Origin: Eledone cirrhosa
Taxonomy: Eukaryota
NCBI GenBank assembly: GCA_964016885.1
Contig: OZ024754.1
Coordinates: 11,222,001 to 11,286,000 of the forward strand
DNA: 64,000 nt
Direction of reading: 5' to 3'
Shown here in pieces: positions 1 through 12,452 of the stretch. A program made the translations under genes and the position numbers. Each line of letters begins with the position of its first letter. Position 1 is the first letter of the stretch. The notes below the pieces were generated by a model that ran no database searches, had not been told where the DNA came from, and saw nothing but the letters and a program-made list of their open reading frames with translations.

Positions 1-1737
1 TTAATTTAACTTCATGCTCATCTTCTGTAGATGTTTTCATGTGTATTTATTATTGGTGATCTGATTGAAAGTTTTCAACTCTTAGTCTTAGAACAAATCG
101 GTCTTTGTGACGTCATATCTTAATGTGCGACTTTTAAATGTTTAACTTTTAGAATGTAGCAATTGCTTCATATATATATATTTCTGTTGTGTAATTCAAC
201 ATTTCCCTTAGTAAATATTCAACCATAGAAAGTGTCTGTTAACACAATCTGTACTCATATGCCCATATAATATCCCATATTTGATGTCTTTTTTTTTGTC
301 TAGTTGTTTCTATAACTTTTTATTGGACGAAAAAGCCAACAACAAAAACTCCCCCAGCTTTTTAATAAATATTATCCTAATCATCAAAAAATAAGCCACC
401 CACTAATTTCTATAGCGGACATATGATATAATCTTAATTTGGTAAGGTTTCTATTTTTGCTGGGGTTTTATCCGCTTTGCGAACATGCCGCCTTAAATTT
501 GATTGTAAGTTACCATATGGCTATAATATAAACTGTCTGATGTTTAAAAAAAAAAGCTGATCGTCGCTTGCCCCAGTAATATCACTTCCAAAATTGTTTT
601 ATTTATCTAATTAAAGATGTACCAAACTAAATTCCTTCCATATTTAGTTTGGTATATCTGCAACCTTCTAAATACCTTGATATTGGAAGCTGCATTTCAT
701 ATTTCATATATTTCACATAGTTTACACGTAACTTTTTGAAGTAAAAAATGCAGTCACGTCACATTTTCACTAGTTTTACAGTACTGTATGAATGGGAAAA
801 GATAATTGACCACATTATCAGATGGCAGTGAATATATTTCATGGTAGATTTCGACTAAATATATCGCTCCTGGAAATATTTTGCAAGTTTGAACACATCA
901 AAGTATTTTTGAATAGATTAGAAATCATGTAAATACAAGATTTAAAATATTTAATTTCCTACGGAAGAGGAAAGTCGAATTATTAAAAGAATGGTAAATA
1001 GTACACATCGATAAGCAGTTTTTTGTCAACAGGCGATTATTGTTAGTCTGTCGCGATATGAAGTTAGTAAGATGCAATAAAAATTCCTGAAACTTTTTTT
1101 TATTTTTTAGAGAGAGCAGGAAAAAGTTTATTTACTAATTGTAACCAGAACGGATATGTTTAGAAATAATTGAATTAAAAGATAAAATATATGGATTGGC
1201 ATTGATATTTTATTTTATTTTTATACGTTTGTCAAAGGAGGCAGGGCATGATTATGACCCTTGCAAGCTCTCCTAGATTGGTAAGGTTCATATCTATAGG
1301 ACGTGGAGAGAATTCCAGACAGTTGCAGTTCTAATGATAAGTATAGACATAGTGTTTAATGAGGTACCTAGGAGTAATGGTGATGAGTGGTTGTGGGAGA
1401 AGAGGTTAGGCAGTTAGCTGTTCTCAAAAAAAGCAAAAGCTGATGTAATAGTGATAGAAAACAGAGAAAGAGAGAGTGGGGGAGTTTAAACATTTATAAA
1501 CTAGTGGTTGGATCTTTGTTAATCCTTGTGTTCATATTTAAATTTAAACCTTTCATCGTGATTTTATCAAGGAAAATTTTAAAGCTTCAAACACCAGCTT
1601 AATAATGTAAAAGTTATTTAATTTACTAAATATCCAAATTCTTGATTATTTTCAGAATTAATTGAAAATCCTAGAATTAGAATTACAATTAGAAATATGG
1701 TAATCAGTGGAAAAGTCTCCTTTTAAAAGCAGTTTAA

Positions 1738-1935
1738 TCCTTTAGCATTTACATTACTCTATATATACTATTGTATTTTCGTGGTAAAGGATTTATCTTA
1801 CATAATATTGGATCTATGAGGTTTTGATGTTATTCATTTTGAGAACAATACCATAACATCATTATGAGCAGCTGGTTACAGCCAGTTTGAACAGAAAGAG
1901 GTGAGAGAATTCTGGCCGGTTTAAATGCTAAAGGT
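1738..1935. mobile_element. TTAA-flanked piggyBac-type MITE (family A)
   Basis: TTAA-(t)CCTTTAGCATTTA ... TAAATGCTAAAGG(t)-TTAA; similar copies elsewhere in the window. Confidence 0.75.
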
Positions 1936-2289
1936 TTAAGATGTTAATATCTGCAGTAGCAGCACCACCTCATGTATGTAAGCATTCCTTTTATGTGGGT
2001 CTTACATGTTAGACAGAGTGGAGAGACAAGTTTTATTGGGAGCATCCAGCCTGGTGAGGGTGGCAAATCTTGGCATGAACAGTGGAGATGCTGCACAAAG
2101 GAGCAGAAAACTCTGCTCCAATTTTCAAGACAAAAGAGCTTGCTGTGAGTAAACCACTCAGGGGTGGGGTGGGGTGGGGTGGTGGGGGATGAACTTTGGT
2201 TGTATGAGAGATGTGAAAGATCATGCATGGGAAGATGGTTTCAAAACCTACTCAGATGTCTCGGGTTGATCTAAAGTCTAAAGTATTTG

Positions 2290-2565
2290 TCTAAAGTCTG
2301 TCTCAAGCCTGAAGGCTCATCGGGATGATACTTATCCCGGTTTCTGTGGTGTTAAGCTACTGAGAATAAAAGATTCCCTCCTGGAGAGGACGCCAGTCCA
2401 TCACATGATTAAACTCCCCCAACAACTACTGGTACTCATTTTCAGCTGAGTATACTGGAGCAATGTGAAATAAGTACACAACACATAATCCAGTCCAGGT
2501 ATCTAGCCCATGGCATTATGATTGTAAGTCCAACATTCTTACCATAGATCACGCACCTCCACATG
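2290..2565 (-). mobile_element. diverged tRNA-derived SINE
   Basis: cagctgagtatactggagcaatgtgaaataag matches the reverse complement of the SINE core of other copies. Confidence 0.6.
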
Positions 2566-2659
2566 AGGAATTTGGCATAGATCTTATTCCTCTAGTAGTT
2601 GGCTGGATACTACTAAGCTCTTCCTGCACTAGGTCACTCGCTGACTGGCTGGTACTCTA

Positions 2660-3110
2660 CTCCAGCCACTAGTCAGTAGATTGCAAAAGGTTTTCAAGTA
2701 AGAATTTCCAGTTGTCCTCTACGTCATAGGTATCTAGCTTGTCACTTCTCATCAAATGCATCGTGTAGGGCCTAAACCTACATTTAATCAAGAGGTTCCT
2801 CAGCTTCCAGACCCTGCGAATCTTGTTCCGTCTCATGTATATTTTGATGTCACTAATAACCAATAATGCTGATCAGTGCATTTCTCTCTGGGGAAGGCCA
2901 TAGTATTTATTACAGTCTGTCTTGTTGTTGCCTACCTAACAAGTAAGTAATCAATTTGGATTTAGTGTTCTATTTGATATGAGATTAGGTAGCTGGTTAG
3001 TTTCCTGAAATTTGTGTTGCAAATGGTTAGTTCACAGAATTCTAGGAGTCTCAGCCCCTCTTCATTCCTTGAGCCATAACCATAGCCGCCATGAACTCTA
3101 TCTCGGTACT
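2660..3110 (-). mobile_element. RTE-type LINE AP-endonuclease fragment (degenerate)
   Basis: Minus strand reads VHGGYGYGSRNEEGLRLLEFC..LTICNTNFRK...LISY...QIDYLLVR...QH..VISD, with stops and frameshifts. Confidence 0.75.
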
Positions 3111-3127
3111 GTCCCACATTTCCATTC

Positions 3128-3605
3128 TCTAAAGATATACGGTATGTTTAATAAATAAAGCTGCTATTGGAATCCACTAGACGGCACTGGCCATCAGCCT
3201 TCTATTCATAGTTGGGCTTTCAAAATGTTTATTTATTAAACATACCGTATAGCTTTAGATATACAAAATTCATATTCAAGTATGTACACAGCTAAGTCGA
3301 AGCTGAATTTTAATTCTATTTTATGTTGAGCCAACTTATACAGCTTTGTATGCAAATGTGAGTAATCAGCCCTCCTACACAGCTGAAAAAACTATATATT
3401 TTCGCCTGTCTCAAACTCCAGCAGTAAGCAAGAGGAAGCGTTGCCCTAATGAGAACCATTGAGTCCAAAATACGTAAACAATTATCCTCTGCTGCTTCTG
3501 CTGGAATCCACTGGATGGCGCTGGCTGTCAGCCTTCCATTCATAGCTCAGCTTTCAAAATATTTATTTATTAAACATACTGTATATCTTTAGATATACGA
3601 AATTC
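3128..3605 (+). mobile_element. probable Penelope-like element terminus (inverted + direct repeat, decayed hammerhead)
   Basis: About 32-bp inverted repeat 3128-3160/3229-3260; direct repeat about 3162-3272/3498-3605; decayed core ctaatga-gaac cattga gtcc-aaaa tacgta at 3446-3476. Confidence 0.5.
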
Positions 3606-4261
3606 ACACACACATATATATATGTTTATGTATATATGGATATATATATATATATGTCAGGTCACCAGTTGGTGCTACTGGTAACATGTATCCCAGTACA
3701 ACCTGACTCATGGTTGGGTTGTTGGCGACTAAACTGGCAACCCCACCAAGGTTTCTTGGTGAGGAGGGTGACTTTGGACATCCTGCAGGAATAAAAACAG
3801 AACCTGTCAAAGGGCAAAGGAGCTCTTAAGAGTCAATGGCCATCCAAAATCACTGGGAGAGATGACCCCTTAGCCTTTATCAAGGCAGAATTCTAGGAGA
3901 AGGAAAACTCTGATATAACACCTGCAACTCTGATGGTATCCAGTGATGTTGACTTGTTCTTCTTTTTGGTAAATATCATCTTGGTTAAGAGAGTGGGACT
4001 GGCTTTGCGCAGTGCCTTTGCTCACTATAAAAGCTTCACGGCACAGGCATTGCTTTATATCTGGAGATCTCTCTGCACTTGCCGTCACATGGTACCATGG
4101 GCCCAGAACTATGTGTCAATAATTGTCACAAGTGTAGTGTTTGTACCAGAGTTTTCAAGTTGCTGGCTGGACTAAAAAGTCACACTCGTTCAGCGCATCG
4201 GTAGGGGTTCTCCTACATGGATATAAAGTAGTGGCCGTACTCGAAAACGAGTTGGCAGCCA

Positions 4262-4530
4262 CCATATATATATGTATGTATATATGGATATATATATATA
4301 TGTATGTATATATGGATATATATATATATGTATGTATATATGGATATATATATATATGTATGTATATATGGATATATATATATGTATGTATATATGGATA
4401 TATATATATATGTATGTATATATGCATATATATGTATGTATATATATATGTTTGTATGTATGTATATATATATATGTGTGTGTATTTATATATATGTGTG
4501 TATGTATATATATATATATATATATATGTG
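4262..4530. repeat. TA-rich compound micro/minisatellite (tatatgtatgtatatatggata)
   Basis: Direct inspection. Confidence 0.9.
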
Positions 4531-4627
4531 TAACCCATGCTAGCGTCGAAGATGGACGTTAAATGATGATATGTGTGTGTATATATATATGTGTGTGTGT
4601 GTTTGTATATATATATATATATGTATC

Positions 4628-5368
4628 AACGTATGTTAACTTTGGTCTTCCTCTTCCAGTGTGTCCATGCAGGGGCTCCCACAGGAGCACTGAGTGCAGT
4701 GTCAACTCTGTATGTTGGTGAGCATGTCCAGCTAACCTCAGTCTCCTCTGTGTTACTTTTGAGCTGACTTTTGGGAGGCTCCCGTACAGCTCTGAGTTCT
4801 TCATCCTCAGCATTCTCGTGTAGCACCCATCCACCATCTGAGTGAGTTTCTTGGTCAGTGTCCAAGTCTCAGACCCGTACAGCAGCACAGACTCCACTAC
4901 AGCAACGAAGAGGCGGATCTTCAGGTCTTTACGAAGGTCCGACTTCCACACCGATCTCAAGCTGTGGCACGCCACCCAGCCTTTGCTCTTCCTCTCGACC
5001 ACATCATCTTCCGTATTCCCAATCTTTGCTTCCAAATACAGGAAGTCCTCAACCAATTCTAGCGGCTTCCCGCCTACATTAGTAATCTTCACTGGCTTCT
5101 TAATATTCTCTACCAGATACTTCGTCTTATTCTCATTCATCCCCCACAGTCTCCACCTCCTGCATCAACTCCTCTGTGTTTGTCACCAGAAATATGTCAT
5201 CGGCAAATTCAGCATCTGATATCTTTTTTGCCTTAACTCCCCTGCTCTGAGCCGGTGTTACAGTAAAGACAGAGTCCTGGTGTTTCTCCAACGCAAGGTG
5301 CATACAATAGTCCACTACGATGATAAAAAGGTAGGGAGCCAATCTATCTCCCTGGAGCACTTCAGCCA
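4628..5368 (-). mobile_element. RTE-type LINE reverse transcriptase fragment
   Basis: VLQGDRLAPYLFIIVVD...FADDIFLV, frameshift, then KTKYL...VEDFLYL...KIRLF...ESVLLYGSETW...RRLRLAGH...GRGRP. Confidence 0.9.
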
Positions 5369-5494
5369 TAATGAGGGACAGAGACCGCTGGAGAGAACTC
5401 GTCTATGGATCTCTGGAATTTTACCCACTCTAGATAGATATATATGTATATATATATATATGTATGTATGTATGTATATATATATGTATGTATT

Positions 5495-5865
5495 ATCATC
5501 ATTTTATATCCGCTTTTCTTTGCTTGCAAGGGTGGGACGGGTTTGGTTCAGCACATCTCTCCATTAGTCACGGTCCTTCGTCATCTCCTCTGTGATCTGA
5601 GGACAGCTCTCACCATCTCCGCCTATGTTTTTCATGGTCTTCCTCTACTGCGTCTTCCTTCCACCAGGATTTCTTGGCACTTCTTCACCCAGCACTCATC
5701 TATGCGCATCATCACGTGTCCATACCAATGCAGTCTTCTCTCCCACACACTATAGTTTATTGCTCTTATCTATAGTTTCACTCTCAACTCGTCTATGGTT
5801 GGCTGTTCACGCACATTGACATTGCACATCCATCGGAGCATACTTGCCTCATTTCTCTCCAGTAT
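5495..5865 (-). mobile_element. RTE-type LINE 3' end
   Basis: RNEASMLRWMCNV...RRLHWYGHV...VKKC.EI.VEG.RSRGRP, then tail ccgtcccacccttgcaagc...(atg)n. Confidence 0.8.
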
Positions 5866-5867
5866 GT

Positions 5868-6257
5868 ATCATCATCATCATCATCATTTTACGTCCGCTT
5901 TTCCCTGCTTGCAAGGATGGGACGGGAACTGATTCTGGCTTGATTTCTACAGCTGGATGCCCTTCCTAACACCAACCTCATTTACAGTGAGTGCTGGGTA
6001 CTTTTTTCCGTGGCACCTACATGTCCACTTTACAGTGTGGGCTGGGGGCTTTTTTGCCGTGGCACCTCCACAACCACCTTGCAGTGGAATGATAGGGACT
6101 CCAGTCCTATCATCTCATTCCTACAGCTGAGTAAACTGGAGCAATCTGAAATAAAGTGTCTTGCTCAAGGAAACAACACATCACCCGGTCTGAGAATGGA
6201 ACTCACAACCTTTCGATTGCAAGGCCAATGCTCTAACCACTAAGCCAATGTGCCGCC
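5868..6257 (-). mobile_element. tRNA-derived CORE-like SINE (family 1)
   Basis: Reverse complement of the 8569/25531/34194 copies; A box tggcttagtgg, B box gagttc, (ATG)n tail. Confidence 0.9.
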
Positions 6258-6456
6258 ATGTATGTATATATATGTATGTTATCATCATCAAGATTAGTGT
6301 CCATTTTTCCATGCTTGCATGGGTTAGACAGGCCGTCACAGCGGGAGGCAAGTCTGACCATGTTGCACCTTGCTCCGACAAGGACTGTAATTTTGGCCCA
6401 GTATCTTACAGCTTTATGCCCTTCCTAACACCAACCACATTTAGAATGTGTGTGTT

Positions 6457-6487
<31 letters not shown>

Positions 6488-6634
6488 TTATGTGTGTATA
6501 TATATATATATGTGTGTGTATATATATATATATGTGTGTGCTTATGTATATATATATATATGTGTGCTTATGTATATATATATATATATATGTGTGTATG
6601 TATATATATATATGTGTGTGTTTATGTATATATA

Positions 6635-8552
6635 TCTATATATATAAAACTGAGGATGTCTGTGTGTGAGTTTGAATCGCTGAAACTCGAGAACCACCCA
6701 ACCGACTGTTTTCAAACTTTACACATGTAATACTTATGTTTCAGGGCGTGTTCTGAGCAAAAGAAATTTTAAATTTTCAATGCCCTGGGGACCGCATTAG
6801 GCATTTACCAATCTCTCTCTATAATTCTAAGTCGTTCCCTTTTTAGATACATACATATAACTTCACGCCCTTATAATATATGTCTGCATGTCTGACTGTC
6901 TGCATTACGTCACTTCCCTGAGGATGTCTGTCTGTGTGTGTGTGTGTCTGAGTTTGAATCCCTAAAACTCGAGAAGTACCCAACCGACTTTTTTCAAACT
7001 TTACATGTGTATCTATATATATAAAACAGGATGTGTGTTTGTCTGTGTGTGTGGATGCTACATTATTCGAGGTTGGCGTCTACACAGCTCGCCCGATCTT
7101 GCTCAAATTTGCATACATCACTCCTCATGACCCTTTACATTGCTTAGGCTACTTTGTTTTTTTATAGGTCCCCCCAGAGGCCCGCTATCCACTCTTTTGT
7201 CTATTTTGGGTGAAATCGGGAGATGAGGTTGCATTTTATGCACGCGTGAAAAATTTTTCCTTTTGAGTTTTTTTACCCGGTTTTTTGCTAATATGGGTAG
7301 AAAAGAGTCTAAATTTTGTTGACGTGGTCGAATCATTTTGAAATTTGGTCGAGAGTGAAGCTCGAGGTCGAATCTCCACTTTGTATATAGAGAGACAGGA
7401 ATAACAGGTCTTATAGTAACATTACCTTCCCCTTCCCCCTTCTTTAGAGGAAGATAGCGAGAGAAAAAGGTGGATTACGGGCCCCTGGGGGGAACCTATC
7501 AAAAAACAAAGTAGCCTAAGCAATGTAAAGGGTCATGAGGAGTGATGTATGCAAATTTGAGCGAGATCGGGCGAGCGGTGTAGACGCCAACCTCGAATAA
7601 TGTAGCATCCACACACACACATGTTGTCTGTTCCCACGTAGGGAGCAGGAATGGACTTTTTGCTTACACTCCTCAAGGGATGACACGCAATATCGTCTAC
7701 AAAGAGGTGCTACAGATGTTGGTGCATGTGTTGGAGCTATGCCGTCTGGAAAACTATTTCCTGGTAGGGTCACCCATGGCGGACAGATGTGACACCCAGC
7801 GGCATCAGGGCCACCATCTTGCAACTTTGGTCTGCTAAATTCGCTATTGGAAGATTATTAACCCATCATTGATTGTCCAAAATGCTAATTGGTTCGTAAC
7901 GTTTAATAACCGGTTCAACTGCTTTATGCACTTAATTGATAAGCTTATTCGCTTTCAAGCCACGTTTACCTGTATGTAACTTTTCATAGCAAATGAACAA
8001 ACCCGAACAACGCCGGGCTAAACTGCTAGTTACTTATATTTCAGGAAGTGTTATGCACATAAAATTCAACTTTTTGATCCCCTAGGGCCTACATTGAGTG
8101 AAAAACTGCTTTTTTTCAGTTTTTTGAGTCGTTACGTCAGACTGATTTCCTTGAAATTGTAAATATGTATTAGTCAACCTCTTCTTCATATCGTGAGCAA
8201 AAAAAACTCCAACTTTTTTATGGCCTAGGGCCCGGCCCGCATTAGATGAAAAACTTCATTTTTTTCAGCTTTTTAGGGCTTTTTTCATGTCTAGCCGATT
8301 TTCCCGAAATTTCAAGGCATATTATGCACATAAAAAAAATTCATTTTCTTGAACCCCTAGGGTCCCCATTAGGTGAAAACCTGCATTTTTCCTGCTTCAT
8401 CAAGGAAAATCTTAAAGCTTATCCAGCCATCAGAGTATTCGGTTTATTTTCTTTACATATTGTCCACGCATGCAGTTTTTCCACGATTAGGTCTGTTGGC
8501 GGCCCGCGTTCCAAAATACCTTATCCTGTGCAACGCCGGGTACCACTGCTAG
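6635..8552 (+). mobile_element. non-autonomous Helitron (outer)
   Basis: a|TCTATATATATAAAA 5' end; 3' end cctgtgcaacgccgggtaccactgCTAG|t; no TSD. Confidence 0.8.
7012..8029 (+). mobile_element. non-autonomous Helitron nested in the outer Helitron
   Basis: a|TCTATATATATAAAACAGG ... acccgaacaacgccgggctaaactgCTAG|t; removing it restores acatgtgta|ttactta as in the sister copy; internal inverted repeat of about 130 bp. Confidence 0.8.
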
Positions 8553-8568
8553 TATATATATATATAAT

Positions 8569-8905
8569 GGAGGCACATGGCTTAGTGGTTAGAGCATTGG
8601 CCTTGCAATCGAAAGGTTGTGAGTTCAATTCTCAGACTGGGTGATGTGTTGTTTCCTTGAGCAAGACACTTTATTTCACATTGCTCCAGTTTACTCAGCT
8701 GTAGATATGAGATGATAGGGACTGTGGTCCCTATCATTCTACTGCAACATGATCGTGGAAGTGCCACGGCAAAAAAGCACCCAGCACTCACTGTAAATGA
8801 GGTTGGTGTTAGGAAGGGCATCCAGCTGTAGAAATCAAGCCAGAATCAGTTCCCGTCCCACCCTTGCAAGCAGGGGAAAAGCGGACGTAAAATGATGATA
8901 ATGAT
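8569..8905 (+). mobile_element. tRNA-derived CORE-like SINE (family 1)
   Basis: ggaggcacatggcttagtggttagagc...gagttcaatt...ccttgagcaagacacttt...cagctgtag...aaatgatgat. Confidence 0.92.
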
Positions 8906-9012
8906 GTGTGCGTTTATGTATGTATATATAGGCTTGGAGAGAGATGGGCTCTGCCAGGCTTAAAATTCCCAAGAAACGCTGTATGTCAATTCGGCACGCC
9001 TATATATAAACA

Positions 9013-9630
9013 CTAGCAGTGGTACCCGACGTTGCACGGGATAAGGTATTTTGGAACACGGGCTGCCAACAGACCTAATCGTGGAAAAACTGCATGCCTG
9101 GACAATATGTAAAGAAAATAAACTGAATACTCTGATGGCTGGATAAGCTTTAAGATTTTCTTTGATGAAGCAGGAAAAATGCAGGTTTTCACCTAAGAAA
9201 ATGAATTTTTTTTTATGTGCATAATATGCCTTGAAATTTCGGGAAAATTGGCTAGACGTAACGCCTCCAAAAAGCCCTAAAAAGCTGAAAAAATGAAGTT
9301 TTTCACCTAATGCTGGCATTAGGTGAAAAAAATTAGGCCATAAAAAAGTTGGATTTTCTTTGCTCACGGTATGAAGAAGAGACTGACTAATACATAGTTA
9401 CAATTTCAAGGAAATAGGTCTGACATAACACCTAAAAAAAACCTTAAAAAGCTTAAAAAATGCAGTTTTTCACCTAAGAGATCAAAATGTTGAATTTTTT
9501 ATGTGCATAACACTCCCTGAAACTTAAGTAATACACATGTAAAGTTTGAAAATAATCAGTTGGTACTTCTCGAGTTTTAGGGATTCAGACACACACGCAG
9601 ACAGACAACCTCAGTTTTATATATATATAT
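9013..9630 (-). mobile_element. non-autonomous Helitron, inverted sister copy
   Basis: a|CTAGcagtggtacccgacgttgcacggg at the left; reverse complement of 8030-8552 and of the 5' end aaaactgagg. Confidence 0.8.
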
Positions 9631-9704
9631 TGCAGGTTTTTTTAATACACTTTATTATTACTATGAAGGAGTCTGCCATGATGTAATTTCTTGGTTTATT
9701 TCAG

Positions 9705-9789
9705 TGAAGATGGTGTGAGTTCCGACTTGGCATCTATGACTTTATCAAATGATAATGGTATTGATTCTCCCAATACAAAACCAGAAAAG
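9705..9789 (+). CDS. EIF5B: eIF5B exon a ([28 protein letters not shown])
   Basis: tttatttcag acceptor, AAG|gtcagt donor, ends in phase 0 matching the next exon; needs a phase-2 upstream exon; poorly conserved sequence. Confidence 0.65.
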
Positions 9790-12420
9790 GTCAGTAGAAA
9801 ATAATTTATATGAAAGTCTCTTTAACTGTATTTTCTTTTCAAAATATATCTATGTTTATTTTAACTGGTTTCTTACTAACCTGCCGAAAACTACCCATTT
9901 TAAAGGGTTCCTTAATCTGACCACAGAAACTTAATTATTTCAGTAAAATCCCTCCAAATTCTTTATTAATCAATTGAAATACAGTGTATTTCCTGATAAA
10001 TATGGGAATGAAAGGCTTAATTTTAAATTATCATTTTAGTAGATTGTTAAGCATTGGGGTAAATATTTTGTATTGAACCCCTTCTCCGGGCCTAAGAACA
10101 GCAGATTTCTTCCAGAGGAAGAATCAACCCCAGTATTAGACTGGCACTTTTTTTTTTTTTTTTACCTCAAAGGGATGAAAGGCAAAGTTGGCCTCGCAGA
10201 GAGTTGGAACGAATACTATAAAGCATTCTATCTGACATTTTAATGACACTGCTAATTCACTGCCTTCTAGATTCATTCATTTTAGGTTATAATCTTCTGC
10301 ACAACATTAGATATTCACTGATCTGTCCCTTTAGCATTTACACTATATATACTATTGTATTTTCATGGGAAAGGTTTTATCTTACATAATTATCTCGCAT
10401 AATATCAAATCTTTGAGATTTTTATGTGATTTATTTTGAGGTTTATACCTTAACATCAGTATGAGCAGCCAGTTATGACCAGTTTGAACAGAAAGAGTTG
10501 GGAGAATTCTGGCCAGATACAGCCAGTTTAAATGGTAAACGGTTAACCCTTTAGCATTTACATTACTCTATATTTACTATTGTATTTTCATAGTAAACGC
10601 TTTATTTCACATAATCATCTCACATAATATCAAATCTACAAGATATTGATATTATTCATTTTGAGAACAACACCTTAACATCAGTATGAGAGGCTGGGAA
10701 ACAGCCAGTTTGAACCGAAAGAGGTGAGAAAATCCTGGCCAGATTTGGCCGGTTTAAATGCTAAAGGGTTAAACAAATTATATTTTGACTCTTCAAACCA
10801 CAAGCTTTTTAACCAGTCTGTTCCTCAGTGAACTGAAAGCAGCCATGTTGATTTTTCAGCAGTTGTAAAAGCAGTAAAAACATAAAAAATTGTCAATAAC
10901 CCATGTTAACCAAATTATTTACATACTCAACTTTTCATGTTTGTATATAAATTTATCTTTCCAGAAATCCAAGAAGGTTCTCTTGGAAGACTCTTCTGAT
11001 TCTGACAGGGAAGATGACCAAAGCAATGTTCCATCGAAAAAAGAAAAGAAAAAAAAGAATAAAGCTGTAGCATCCTTTAACTTATTGAATATGTTAGACG
11101 ATGACTCGGTAAGTCTAGTTGAATTTCTTTGCAAATTAATCATTTACAGTGAAGGCACATGGTTTAGTGGTTAGAGTGTTGAGCTTATAATCGTTAGGTT
11201 GTGAGTTTAATTCCTTGTCCGGGTGGTGTGTTGTGTCCTTGCATAAGACACTTTATCTTCACGTTACTCCAGTTTACTCAGCTGTAGAAATGGGTTGCAT
11301 CGTCACTGACCCCCTCAGGGAAATGGATCTATTTGGGATTTTGTCTGCAGGGTGCAGCTGTGACATATCACTTAGACTAGTCTGTAGTCTGCCCACCCTA
11401 ACCTTACTTTCGCTATTTGATATTTTTCCCTTTTTTTTTTCTTTTTATATTGCAAACATTATATAATCCAATTGAAATATATTGAACTCTATTGACGGGG
11501 AAATTGATATAAAGGAACTATTCAGAGATTCTACAATTAGTTTAGAAAAATTTAAACTGAAATCGAATTAGTTTTAATCGAGCCATAAAAATTTAGTAAT
11601 TTATAAACATTGAATTTTTATAGATTTTGTATCTTTAGAGCAAGGAAATAAAATCTTTCCATATCATTTGAAAATATAATTGCCACAATGCAGACAACTA
11701 TAATAATAGTTTCTACTTTTGGCACAAGGCCAGCACATCCCCAGTGCATTACTGGTACTTTATTTTATCAGCCCCATAAAGATGAAAGGCAAAGTTAACC
11801 TCGGCAGAGACAACTATAATTATAGTTAAATAAATTGAGTAAAAAAAACCCTGGAGATGAAAAAAAATTGGACAGAGATGCCTGTAGGGAATCGAACCAT
11901 GCATCTTTTGTATGCACAATTTATTCAACTATTGTAGTTATCTGCATTGTGAATATAATTTCAAATTTTCCAATGCTTTGTAAGTCGATCAAATGTTTAC
12001 AATTTCTATATCAATTTTTCCTTTGTTTTGTTTGGAAATATTGTCTTTAGAACAGCGACAGAAAGGATTCCGATGAAGAAACAAACAATATTGTCCTAGA
12101 AACAGTTACACAGAGTAAACAGTCTAAGAAAGAGAAAGTAAAAGACAAAAAGAAGAAAAAAGGCAAATTAGAACAGGAGTATGATGATATTGATGCCATT
12201 CTAGCTGATATTGAAAAAGCGTCTGAAAAAAAACAGCCAAAAAGCAAAAAAGAGAAGAAAAAATCTGCAGCTACTCCAGCATCCGATGCAAATGCACCTG
12301 AAGTGAAAAAGAGTGAAGAAGCAAAAGATGAAGAGGATGCGAAACTAAAAGCTGCGGCTCTGAAAAAAAAAGAGAAAAAGGAACGTGAAAAATTGAAAAA
12401 GCAGCAGGTATTTTTTTTTT

Positions 12421-12452
<32 letters not shown>

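Noticed and set aside
485-510. RPL12-like start (MPPKFD after removing one T)
   Set aside because: Needs a frameshift and no further RPL12 exons were seen; likely coincidence.
8569-8645. tRNA gene
   Set aside because: A/B-box head continues into a multi-copy SINE body and tail; no proper acceptor stem.
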